Below are positions 18,102 to 27,754 of a DNA stretch of 32,000 bases, piece by piece. The DNA is from an uncultured archaeon. Its GTDB lineage: Archaea; Asgardarchaeota; Jordiarchaeia; Jordiarchaeales; Jordiarchaeaceae. The stretch is taken from the NCBI GenBank assembly GCA_964510585.1, contig CAZECW010000099.1, positions 1-32,000 of the forward strand, in the 5' to 3' direction. A model generated the notes under the pieces. The model was not told where the DNA came from, made no database searches, and saw only the letters and a program-made list of their open reading frames with translations. A program made the translations under genes and the position numbers. The number at the start of each line of letters is the position of its first letter. The stretch's first letter is position 1.

Positions 18102-18326
18102 TTACTTTTCCGGTCTAACAATTAGATACCCTTTTTCTATGAGCCAGTGGTGGAACTGGTAAGTGGTGTATATGCAATCGGTTTTACAAATATTTCTAAT
18201 TTTCTCGTATTCCTCCGAGCCTTCTTTATACTTCTCCAGTTCTAATTGAATCCGGCATTTTACATCTTTACAGAATTCTCTTCTCTTATAATCAACGTAC
18301 CCAGGAATCGACACGATTTTTCCCAT
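18102..18326 (-). CDS. Small Cys/His-containing hypothetical protein
   Basis: 74 aa, YKRREFCKDVKC...C...C..TTYQFHHWLIEKGY, resembling a recalled small archaeal family. Confidence 0.75.
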   Translation of the reverse strand: MGKIVSIPGYVDYKRREFCKDVKCRIQLELEKYKEGSEEYEKIRNICKTDCIYTTYQFHHWLIEKGYLIVRPEK

Positions 18327-18467
18327 CCCATTTTTTGCTTTTCCAGTTTTTAGTCGCTCTTAAAAATGGTTTAAAATAAAATTATCAATATATTTTCACA
18401 TCGGCTCCTTATATTTTATTTCTTCGCTCTATTCTTACTCCTACCCCGCAACATATCTTTGCAAGGT

Positions 18468-19736
18468 TTAAATTTTTTGGAAGCACAGCAGGTGAACTAT
18501 TTCTTTTGCGTATTTTACCATGTCTCCTATGTTTATGCTTTCGTCTGCTCCGTGAAAGTTGGATAGGAGATCACCTACTCCCATGATTGCCACATCGTGT
18601 CCTTTTTCCGCCACGTATCCCATATCTGTGGCTCCCGCTGCACCCAAGTAGCCGACGTCTAGACCAGTTACATGTTTTACTGCCGCGGCGAGCTTTTTGA
18701 CTATTGGTTTTTGAGGCGAGATTTTTAGGGGTTTATAGGCTCTCACCACACTGGTTTCTATTGCTAGGGCTTTACTCTTCTTTTTCGCGGCTTCTATGGT
18801 TTCCATAAATTCAGCCACCACTTCCTCCTCTTTTTCTTCAGGTATGTATCTGCGATCGATTGAGAATCGGCATTCGCTGGGGATGATGTTTTCTTTTACT
18901 CCTCCCTTTATCATGTTTATTGAGAAGAGGGGTATCATTTTGTCACCGTAGGGTGTGGGTAGGCCCGGAACTTCGGACCTTCTCTCCATAACTTTTTCCT
19001 TAAGTTTTAGGAGTTCTTCAAGTATGGGTACGGTGTTCTCAACTGCATTTATGGCAGTCCAGAATGCCATGGTGTGCGCCGACTTGCCCTTGACTGCAAC
19101 ATCAAAAACAATGCTTCCCGCAGTTCCGATACCTATTATTTGGTGTACAGCCTCCCCACAAATCACATCTCCCTTAATGTATCCTTGATCTGCAAGATAG
19201 TAGACTCCGGGGTAGACACCGATTTCTTCGTCTGTACACATAACACACGTTATATTATAGTTGGGTTTTAGGTCGAGTTCATTTATTACCTTTAGGGCGA
19301 GGAGAACTGTGGCTATAAATCCCTTCATATCGCTGGCTCCCCGACCATAAATTCTACCCTCCTTAATAATACCCTCAAATGGGGGAACACTCCACTTCTC
19401 CTCCACTGGCACCACATCTGTGTGAGCGTAGAAAGTTATGTAAGGTTTATCATCCCCAAAAATCTTATTAGCTACAAGATTCACTCGCGGACCCTCTAAG
19501 GGCGCCGGAATCTTTTTCACCATTTCTTCCGGCACGACTACTCTTTCGGTTTTAAAGCCGAGGTTGGAGAATTGAGGTTCAAGATATTCGACAATTTCTT
19601 CATAGTTATTTCCAGGGGGCACAACTGTCCTAATTTTAATTAAATCTTTTAAGATGCTCACTGCCTCGTCTGCAAAGTTTTCCACGAGACTAAAAGCTTT
19701 GTTCTCACCCAAGACTGCTACACCTCTACTCAACAT
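18468..19736 (-). CDS. M20-family (ArgE/DapE-like) metallo-amidohydrolase
   Basis: HTDVVP, GRGASDMKG, DEE, GKSAH and HGADE motifs. The start may be slightly downstream. Confidence 0.9.
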   Translation of the reverse strand: MLSRGVAVLGENKAFSLVENFADEAVSILKDLIKIRTVVPPGNNYEEIVEYLEPQFSNLGFKTERVVVPEEMVKKIPAPLEGPRVNLVANKIFGDDKPYITFYAHTDVVPVEEKWSVPPFEGIIKEGRIYGRGASDMKGFIATVLLALKVINELDLKPNYNITCVMCTDEEIGVYPGVYYLADQGYIKGDVICGEAVHQIIGIGTAGSIVFDVAVKGKSAHTMAFWTAINAVENTVPILEELLKLKEKVMERRSEVPGLPTPYGDKMIPLFSINMIKGGVKENIIPSECRFSIDRRYIPEEKEEEVVAEFMETIEAAKKKSKALAIETSVVRAYKPLKISPQKPIVKKLAAAVKHVTGLDVGYLGAAGATDMGYVAEKGHDVAIMGVGDLLSNFHGADESINIGDMVKYAKEIVHLLCFQKI

Positions 19737-20119
19737 ATTTACCTGATACGCTCAACATTTTGAGAAAACTTTAATTTTTGTCAAGTGGTGACCATTTAAG
19801 CGCATTTAATTTCGTTATTACTTAATATTTTGCATAGTTCTTCTATATATCGGTTAGCATTCAACTTTCTTTCCGTCACCTGTCTGAGTAGGTAGACTGC
19901 CCTCTTTTTTGCCTCGTGGCAGAGTAGTAGGTTACTGGTTTTTCTTTTTGGAGGGATTAGAGGGTTACTTAAAATTATTGTGGAAAAATGCTTCTCTCTC
20001 CTCCAAGTATGGTTAGTAATCGCATATGAAATAGGAACGCTCTTAAGAAAAATAAACAATTGTGCGGAGCTCTGGATAGGTTATGTTTACAGTTAAAAAT
20101 TAGTTTACTTGATCATTCT

Positions 20120-20710
20120 TTAGTTTTCAATTGAGAGTTTTGCGAGTTCCTTATTGTTCCGAAAAAGTTCTTTGAGACTTTTTTGGTAAATTTCAAGAGG
20201 TAGTGATTCTTTTGGTTCGTTTGATTCGTTTTCTGATATTTTTCCGCTTATATTATAGATTTCTTCTGCTAGTTCTTCTGCAAGTTTTTCTTTGTTTTTG
20301 TACGCTGCTTCCAACTCTTTGTTCTCTATTTTTTTCGAGGTGCTTAGAGCCGCAAAGAACCCCATTAGGATGTTTTCGGTGTCTCTTTTGATCTGCTCCT
20401 TTGTTATGGGTGGGGCTTTGTTGTAGTTTGGTATAAATAGTTTGTAGTTTGATTGGTAAAACTTCTGGACTATTCCGTGTTTTTCCACTTCGGTTTTTTT
20501 CACTGAGATTAGACCTGCTTCTTTTAACTGTTTAAGGTGGTATAGTGTGTTTGCCTTGTTTATATTCAGATGTTTCGAAATCTGGGTGAGAGTCATTGGT
20601 TCTTTTGAGAGTAGTTCAAGTATTCGTTTTTTGAAGTTGTCGGATATTAGTTCGATTTCTTCAGGTTTTTCGGTTAAAAAAATCTTTGATTTCAGCATCG
20701 TGCTATTCAC
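20120..20710 (-). CDS. ArsR-like winged-HTH transcriptional regulator
   Basis: RILELLSKEPMTLTQISKHLNINKANTLYHLKQLKEAGLI followed by wing KFY. Confidence 0.85.
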   Translation of the reverse strand: MNSTMLKSKIFLTEKPEEIELISDNFKKRILELLSKEPMTLTQISKHLNINKANTLYHLKQLKEAGLISVKKTEVEKHGIVQKFYQSNYKLFIPNYNKAPPITKEQIKRDTENILMGFFAALSTSKKIENKELEAAYKNKEKLAEELAEEIYNISGKISENESNEPKESLPLEIYQKSLKELFRNNKELAKLSIEN

Positions 20711-20842
20711 GGCGGTCCCTAATTTGACGACATAGTCATTCTTGTTGATAAAGTTATCGGTTATTAATCGGTAGAAAAATTTATATTGGTTAAAAATTTT
20801 TTACTAATCAAAAATTTTTTATCAAAAACAGGGGTGGTTGAA

Positions 20843-21703
20843 GTGTCTAGGAGGATAAGAGTAGGATTAATAGGTGTCGGAAATTGTGCGTCAGCATTGG
20901 TTCAGGGCGTTTACTTTTATCAAAACGCTGACGATGATGATCAAATACCTGGACTGATGCACGTAAACTTTGGAGGCTACCACATTAGCGATCTGGAATT
21001 CTCAGTTGGGTTTGATGTGAACAGACATAAAATAAACAGAGACCTCTCCGAAGCCATACTAGCTCCACCAAACTGCTGCGCCAGATTTACCCAGGTTCCC
21101 CACTTAAACGCAGAGGTTCTGCCAGGGCCAATACTGGACGGAGTTGCGCCTCATATGCGTGAATCGTTCTACTGCTACTCTGAGGATATAAAGCCAGTAG
21201 ATGTGGTTGATGTTCTTAGGGAAACGAAAACAGAAGTCCTGGTCAACTTCTTACCAGTAGGTAGCACTCAGGCAACTAGGTATTATGCTAAGTGCGCCCT
21301 TGAAGCTGGAGTCGCCTTTGCAAATTGTATTCCAGAGTTTATCGCTTCTGATCCTATGTGGGCCAGTAGGTTCGAAGAGGCAGGTTTACCAGTTGCCGGT
21401 GATGACATTAAAAGCCAAGTGGGGGCAACGATAGTTCATAGGGTTCTCACACAACTTCTTATTGACCGAGGAGTGAAGATTGATGAAACCTACCAGTTAA
21501 ACATTGGGGGAAACACGGACTTCGAAAATATGACTGTGGAGGAGAGGCTTAAAACCAAGAGAATCAGCAAGACCGAAGCAGTTACATCGCTTGTGCCCTA
21601 CAAGGTTCCTGTAAGAATCGGGCCCAGTGACTATGTTCCTTTTCTCGGCGATAAAAAAATTCCAATAATAGAAACTCCTATGAAAGTGAGGATACAAGTT
21701 TGA
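20843..21703 (+). pseudogene. ino1: C-terminally truncated myo-inositol-1-phosphate synthase
   Basis: IGVGNCASALVQG, GDDIKSQVG, GGNTDFENM, KRISKT and GPSDYVPFLGDKK are present, but the frame stops 14 codons later. The DSxxxAG and terminal Lys region is absent in all three downstream frames. Confidence 0.8.
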
Positions 21704-21724
21704 AACCAGTTTTGAAGAGTTAGG

Positions 21725-22459
21725 ATGACGATGAAGAAATTTGATTTTCACATACACACATGTTATTCGAAACATGACAGATGGGGACTTGATTGCCTAA
21801 ATACTCCAAGAGAGATGGTTGAAGCAGCAATTAGAGCAGGGCTTGACGGAATAGCAGTTTCAGACCATAACACAACTAGAGGAGGCTTTATTGCGGCTAA
21901 AGTTGCCAAAGAAATGAAAGAAGATTTTTTGGTAATCCCCAGTTTAGAAATTAAAACCAAAGATGGAGACATTTTGGCACTGGGAGTGCTAGAAGAGGTC
22001 GAGATAAAAAGTAGGTCTATCACCGCAGATGAGGCTGTAGAAAGAATGAGAGAAATAGGAGCGGTGCTGATTGCTCCTCACCCCTACAGCCGTGAAGGTG
22101 TCGGTGAAGCCCTAGTTAAAAAACTTGCATTTGACGCGATAGAAGTCTTTAATTCTAGAATGCTCTCGCGCCACAATAAAAAAGCGAAGGAATTGGCGTT
22201 CAAGTTGGGATTGCCCATGGTTGCTTGCAGCGATGCACATATAGTTGACGATGTTGGAAACGGAATTACGGTTATAGATACTAATGAACTTTCAGTAGAC
22301 TCCGTGAAAACTGCCTTGCGGAAGGGTAAAACCCAAATAGTTAAAGAGGAGCGTTCTAGAAATCGGGCAAAAGAACAGTATTTAAAGCTGTGTCTCCTAC
22401 TGGGAAAAATAAGGCCTCCCCCTTGTGAAGAAGAGTCGAACCACATATTGGAAACATAA
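21725..22459 (+). CDS. PHP-domain phosphoesterase
   Basis: DFHIHTCYS, SDHN, LEI, APHPY, IEVFN and CSDAH metal-binding motifs. Confidence 0.9.
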   Translation: MTMKKFDFHIHTCYSKHDRWGLDCLNTPREMVEAAIRAGLDGIAVSDHNTTRGGFIAAKVAKEMKEDFLVIPSLEIKTKDGDILALGVLEEVEIKSRSITADEAVERMREIGAVLIAPHPYSREGVGEALVKKLAFDAIEVFNSRMLSRHNKKAKELAFKLGLPMVACSDAHIVDDVGNGITVIDTNELSVDSVKTALRKGKTQIVKEERSRNRAKEQYLKLCLLLGKIRPPPCEEESNHILET

Positions 22460-22625
22460 GTTAAAAACACCAGAACAAAAAGCTAAACGTAGATGGACTT
22501 CAGAAAGTATGGAGCGAGGGTAGAGACACCAAATGCTCTAAAAAGAGAGAAGGGAGATATTTAACTTGTGAGTTGCTAGAATTCACTTTTCCTGCCACCT
22601 TGTTGCATGCAGACACTTTTGTATA

Positions 22626-23324
22626 TTAGCGGGAGTATTGTCTGAGGTAACCTTCAATATATTTTTTGACTTTGTCTGCGGGTTGATAAATGCCGAAGTG
22701 CCCCTCGCAGAGTATGTCTGCTTTCTGGTTGATTAGCTTTTTCATAGACTCTCTATACTTACCGATATCTGCGCCCCAGGCAGGTATGAGTGGTCCATGG
22801 ATATCTTGCCCAAAAAGGACACGTTTTCCTTTAACATCTACTACTACGGATATGCTTCCGGGAGTGTGCCCCGGCGTCCATATGAGGTTGAATTGGAGTT
22901 GGCCAAATGTGATTCTGGTTTCTGGTTGATTTAACTTCATGTCTACGGGGCAGGGTTCAAGAATTATGCCGTAGGCTTCGGCTCCTGTTAGGAATCTTTC
23001 TCCTTCCTCTATACTTTTTGCATCTAACTCGTGGGCTATTACCTTGCATCCATAGTTTTTTCTAAATTTGGCCGCTCCACCTATGTGGTCTACATGTTTA
23101 TGTGTGAGTATTAAGGCTTTGAGATTGGTGAGATTAAACCCCAGTGACTCAGCATTATCCACCAGCAGATTGTAGCTGGGCCCTGCGCCAGAATCTATTA
23201 AAACAAGTGTGTCTTTTCCACAGTCAACCAGATATACACTACAATCGGCGCTGTGCGTAATATCTGAGCCTCCAATGAGGTATATTCCTCCATAAACCTC
23301 ACATATCCCATTCAAACATGCCAC
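22626..23324 (-). CDS. Metallo-beta-lactamase-fold hydrolase
   Basis: THKHVDHIGG, TPGHTPGS, GQD and EGH motifs. Confidence 0.9.
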   Translation of the reverse strand: MACLNGICEVYGGIYLIGGSDITHSADCSVYLVDCGKDTLVLIDSGAGPSYNLLVDNAESLGFNLTNLKALILTHKHVDHIGGAAKFRKNYGCKVIAHELDAKSIEEGERFLTGAEAYGIILEPCPVDMKLNQPETRITFGQLQFNLIWTPGHTPGSISVVVDVKGKRVLFGQDIHGPLIPAWGADIGKYRESMKKLINQKADILCEGHFGIYQPADKVKKYIEGYLRQYSR

Positions 23325-23559
23325 CTCACAAAAGGAAATCGTATCTTTGCAAACTTGTTACCCTACATTTCCATACTTTATTTTTCCCCTTCTTTTTTTG
23401 GGGAATTCGCTTTTTGTCGCTTCAATATGGAGACCAGGCATCAATCTTCATTTAACGCCCGTCACGTTAAGGTTTTGCAATTATTCGTGTTGAAATATAA
23501 AGATTAGATTATTTTGTGAATGTTACTGTTTTCTTTTTTACGTTGTACTATGTTATACT

Positions 23560-24273
23560 TTATTTGCTGATTTTGGGTGAGATTTGTTTTGCTGGTACCC
23601 CTGCCCAGAAGGTGTATGGTGGAATCTTTGTGTCTCTGGGTACGTAGGAGAATGCTCCCACAACTGCGCCTTCCCCTATTTCTGCGCCTGGAAAAACTAC
23701 GGTGTTTACTCCTACTACAGCTCCGTCGCCAAGTTTTATTTTTTTGAGGTAAAGGTTGTCGCGGTCGGAAATGTGAGGTATTATGAATGAGTTCGCCCCA
23801 GCAACTGCACTGGTTCCCATTTCTACAAGGTAGGGGTCAGATATTTTGTCTGCTGTGGCTCCCGGACCCATTTTGGCCCTCAGGCGTTTGTAGACGAAGG
23901 TGTTAAACAGGGTCTGACCTAATGGGGGTTTTCCCATGAAATAAATTGCAGCGTTTGTCAAGGAAGCATTTATTAACCAGTTTCTAACGGTTTTGTTCTT
24001 CATGTCGACTGGGTGAAGCCCTTCCTCTACTGGTTTTAACTGAGCCCTCACCACCATTAGAAAGACTAGGTTGAATACCCATTTGGTCATAACGTAGTAG
24101 AGAGGCGTTAACCCAATTAGGACATAGAATGGTAAATTCAGATAATTAACCATAAAATATGAGGCTAACATTATGGGAATCAGGCTTATCGCCCCGGAAA
24201 TTAGGATAGACGCAGCCAGCCTTCCAACTACCCTGGGCGGATTTCTTAATTTTTCTTTTTCAATTCTGTGCAT
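23560..24273 (-). CDS. Membrane-anchored hexapeptide-repeat (left-handed beta-helix) acyltransferase-like protein
   Basis: Two N-terminal TM segments, then LGDGAVVGVNTVVFPGAEIGEGAVVGA repeats and WAGVPAK. Confidence 0.78.
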   Translation of the reverse strand: MHRIEKEKLRNPPRVVGRLAASILISGAISLIPIMLASYFMVNYLNLPFYVLIGLTPLYYVMTKWVFNLVFLMVVRAQLKPVEEGLHPVDMKNKTVRNWLINASLTNAAIYFMGKPPLGQTLFNTFVYKRLRAKMGPGATADKISDPYLVEMGTSAVAGANSFIIPHISDRDNLYLKKIKLGDGAVVGVNTVVFPGAEIGEGAVVGAFSYVPRDTKIPPYTFWAGVPAKQISPKISK

Positions 24274-24556
24274 TTTTCAAACCTCCTAAAACTTCTTGGA
24301 AACAATTTTTCTAACTGGAAAAATAATAGGATACCTCTCATATATTAGGGATACTTTAAACCTCAAAAAATGTATTGTTACAGAGATTTTCCACCACCAA
24401 GGTTTATTTGATTTTCGTAAAGCTTTACCCCACCCACCGCAAAATAGAATATTGAAGGAACAAAAACTCTGTGGAGCGATTTACACAGTCCACGAAGGCT
24501 TCAAAACCTGTTTCGCCGAAAACCGGAAACGCAGACTCAAACCATTTACTGCTTCA

Positions 24557-24982
24557 TTATTCGAGGGAACGGAAAAATTCTTCTATATCGGATTCTAGAG
24601 AACCGTGTTTTTGGTACAGCTTGTGGATTTCTGGGATGAATTCTTTGAATATTCCAACATTACCATTCCACTTGTCCAAAATTTGTGCGTATTTTTGGTT
24701 GAAGGCTTTCTCTATTTCGGTTCCAAATTTTTTGGCCTCATCTTCTGTGTCGCCCGCCACTACAACTATCACAGTTTTGGAAAAGGTGAAGGAGAGTTTC
24801 ATTTCGCCTATGGTTATGTTGATTGTGGTGAGGTCTCCAACATTCTGTCTAGCCATTTCTGAGAGTGCTGAGAATAGTCCTCCCAGTAACACTGGATCTC
24901 CCTGTGCCAGCCTAAGCTTTTCGAAGGTAACATTTAGGAGGGCTTCCCCAGTATTTTTGAGTATCCAGACCGCGTAAATCAA
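24557..24982 (-). CDS. Longin-like domain protein
   Basis: MIYAVWILKNTGEALL...DPVLLGGLFSAL...KWNGNVGIF; TTG start after GAGG. Confidence 0.75.
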   Translation of the reverse strand: MIYAVWILKNTGEALLNVTFEKLRLAQGDPVLLGGLFSALSEMARQNVGDLTTINITIGEMKLSFTFSKTVIVVVAGDTEDEAKKFGTEIEKAFNQKYAQILDKWNGNVGIFKEFIPEIHKLYQKHGSLESDIEEFFRSLE

Positions 24983-25639
24983 CTATTTTTCCTCATTAAC
25001 TTTTATTAGGAACTCACCACAAAAATTTTCGCCCAAATTAGGAGTTTTACCCTATCTACCAGCTGGTTTAACACTCCCGCCGCGAGTTCAGTAAAATATT
25101 ATTTGCATAAATGTTTTTTAAACTTTTTGTAAATACATATTTATTACAATAATTTATAAAAAAACTTTATCGTCATAAAAATATACTTTTTTCAATATTT
25201 AACTTAACCCTTTTCTCTTTAGATATTTATTTGGAAGTACAGCAACAAAAAGAGGAGTTAAAACTCAAATAAAACCAATTTATAAGCTGCAGCTTCAAAA
25301 CCGACCGCACCCTATTTTACGTTGAAACATAATATCACCGATTAGATGGAGAAAACAAATCCAAGAACGGAGAAACCCACACCAAAAAATGTCGAGTACT
25401 ACTGTGAATTTGGGATTAATTCACCAGTAGAGAATGTTCTGGGGTGACAAGTTTCGAACAACAATTCCCCCATCTGGATCCAGCCTTTAAAAGAAACCAC
25501 ATAACAGTAAGTCCCCTGTCTCTTTTTTAGAGAATTTAAATGTTAGATGTTAGCAATAGTTTTTAAAAATAATCATAAAAAGGCGTTTTATTTCCGATGG
25601 GTGATATCTTTTCACGGGTATAGAATTTAGAAGGATAAT

Positions 25640-25727
25640 AAGGATGCGCCAAGAAGGGTGGTAAAAAAGCAGTTTGGGGGGAGAAGAGAGGTGTGGAGAA
25701 AAAACTACTGTTTCTTAGCGCATCCTT
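25640..25727. repeat. Inverted repeat / potential stem-loop
   Basis: AAGGATGCGCCAAGAA (25640-25655) pairs with TTCTTAGCGCATCCTT (25712-25727) with one mismatch. Confidence 0.6.
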
Positions 25728-26163
25728 CGCGTACACGAAAATGAACATAGATATAAAGATATTGTGGTAAAATTATCCGCTATACTCTCAAAGGAAGATA
25801 TTTTGAATAGTAAAAAATGGGTTTTATTTTTATCTTTTTTAGATAAAAATGCAAAAAAACCTATGATAATAAGGCATCAGTGATACTCCTCAAAATGACC
25901 CTTTAATCCCAAAAATTACGTTGTTAACTGGGTAAGGGTGGGGTTCTGGTCAGAGCATGCATTAATAGGAAAGATAATAAGAATTGTTTTCCAAATATAT
26001 ATAAAAATTGAAAAAAAGACAATACATTTAGAGTTTGAAGAAATTGTAGAAAAAAGGCATATAATCTTTAGAAACGATAAAATTTTGAATTCGCCAAAAA
26101 ATGTTTTCACCAAATCTTTTAATCCAAATTTAAAGGTGTTTGATTATTTGGAGGATAAGCTGT

Positions 26164-27729
26164 TTGAGTGGAGAACTGTTGAAGAATGCTGAGGAAGCGG
26201 AGAAGGCGGGTGATTATGCTAAAGCCAGCGAGCTCTACTTGAAGGCGGGTAACGCTTTTCAGGAAAGTGGTGATCAGAATAAGGCGCGGGACTGCTATCT
26301 GAAAGCAGCGATAAATGGAGCTGAGGGGGTTGCAACTAAGGGCAAAGCTGATAAAGTAGGATTTTGCTACTTTAATGCTGGTTTGGCTTTTAGCAAACTT
26401 GACCGTCCGGAGAAGGCGGTAGGCTGTTTTGAAAGCGCCATTAAAAATGCTAGAGATGAGCCGTGGCTGGGCATGGCTTATTTCCAATTGGGTGTAGCTT
26501 ATGATCTCCTTGGGGAAAGGGAGAAGTCTGTAGAGCGGCACGAGAAGGCCATACCATATTTTCTAAAGGCAGATAACACTAAAATGGTGGGTTTGTCCTA
26601 TCTGAGCGTTGCCATGCGCTATTTTCTGCTAAAAAAGTATAAGCCAGCCATAAAGGCCTGTGAGAAGGCCATACCATATCTCGAGCGGATTCAGGCAGAA
26701 GGCTATGTGGGAGACTGCTACTACTATATGGGCTACTCTGAACAGAAATTGAACAGGAACATTGCCGCCATTGACTGGTTAAAGAAGGCGATTACCTACT
26801 ACGAAAAAGTAAATCGGCAGGAGAGAATCGCTTCTTCCTATGCACAGATAGGATACTGCTACGGGGAACTGGGAGATTACAAAAACATGCTCGAGTACTC
26901 CAGAAAGGCAATTGAAATTTTGGAGCAGGGGGGCGACAAAGCCATCCTGGCGAGTGCCTACGTGAATGCTGCTCGAGCCCAAATAAAACTAGGAGAAAAA
27001 ACCGGCGCGACAGAACACCTGAGGAAGGCTATACCAATTCTTGAAGAGCTTCAAAACAGGGAAACTCTAGTCTACTCTTATGTTCAACTAGTAAATCTTT
27101 TTGACGAGTTAGGAATGTACCGTGAAATGCTTGAAGAGTTAGAGAAGAGCATTCCATTGATGGAGGGAGAATCGCCCCAAATGCTTGGCAACTGGTACTA
27201 CAAAATGGGAAGGGCCTATAATGAACTCAAAATCCATGACCAATCACTTGAAGCATACATAAAAGCCCTTGAATCATATACGCAGGCCAAAGACGAGGAG
27301 AGTATGGGAAATGCCCAGATGAACATAGGTGGACAATTAGTTCACTTGAATAGATACAAGGAGGCTATCATCCACTTCGACGAAGCTATAAAACACTTTC
27401 AAAAAATAGGGGAAAACCAGAAAATAGGCCGCTGCTACTACAACATTTCACTAGCCTACATAAGAATGGAAAAGTACAAAGAGGCGCTTAGCCCATCAGA
27501 GGAAACAATAAAATACGCACAAAAAACCAAAGATAACGAAATCGTTGCAGCGACACTATATAATGTGGGAAACATATACATCAAAATCAACGACGCCAAA
27601 AACGCCATGAAATATTTGGAGAAGGCAGCAAACCTCTACCAACAACTGGGAAACAGGGAACAAGCCATGAAATGCTCAGAAAAGATAAAGAGACTAAAGC
27701 TGGGAGTGTGGTTACCAGACCTCCCATAA
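26164..27729 (+). CDS. TPR/SNAP-like helical repeat protein (about 40-aa period)
   Basis: Repeating A..Y..LG..Y..LG.Y..A......KA units throughout; probable TTG start at 26164 after GGAGG. Confidence 0.88.
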   Translation: MSGELLKNAEEAEKAGDYAKASELYLKAGNAFQESGDQNKARDCYLKAAINGAEGVATKGKADKVGFCYFNAGLAFSKLDRPEKAVGCFESAIKNARDEPWLGMAYFQLGVAYDLLGEREKSVERHEKAIPYFLKADNTKMVGLSYLSVAMRYFLLKKYKPAIKACEKAIPYLERIQAEGYVGDCYYYMGYSEQKLNRNIAAIDWLKKAITYYEKVNRQERIASSYAQIGYCYGELGDYKNMLEYSRKAIEILEQGGDKAILASAYVNAARAQIKLGEKTGATEHLRKAIPILEELQNRETLVYSYVQLVNLFDELGMYREMLEELEKSIPLMEGESPQMLGNWYYKMGRAYNELKIHDQSLEAYIKALESYTQAKDEESMGNAQMNIGGQLVHLNRYKEAIIHFDEAIKHFQKIGENQKIGRCYYNISLAYIRMEKYKEALSPSEETIKYAQKTKDNEIVAATLYNVGNIYIKINDAKNAMKYLEKAANLYQQLGNREQAMKCSEKIKRLKLGVWLPDLP

Positions 27730-27754
27730 AAGAGGAAATAAATTAGCCTCTAGG

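Noticed and set aside
19796-20059. 87-aa - strand ORF with EELCKILSNNEIKCA, weakly nucleotidyltransferase-like
   Set aside because: No catalytic motif and a poor start; cannot be supported.
24296-24598. 100-aa ORF containing NRILKEQK, similar to the MNT relic tail NRILEEQK
   Set aside because: The similarity is limited to one A-rich stretch, and upstream MNT motifs were not found.
25346-25447. 33-codon ORF ending in TGA in the long spacer
   Set aside because: No motif, no clear RBS, and the read-through frame closes quickly.
25938-26192. 84-aa + strand ORF overlapping the TPR start
   Set aside because: AT-rich promoter sequence translated by chance; it overlaps the real RBS and start.
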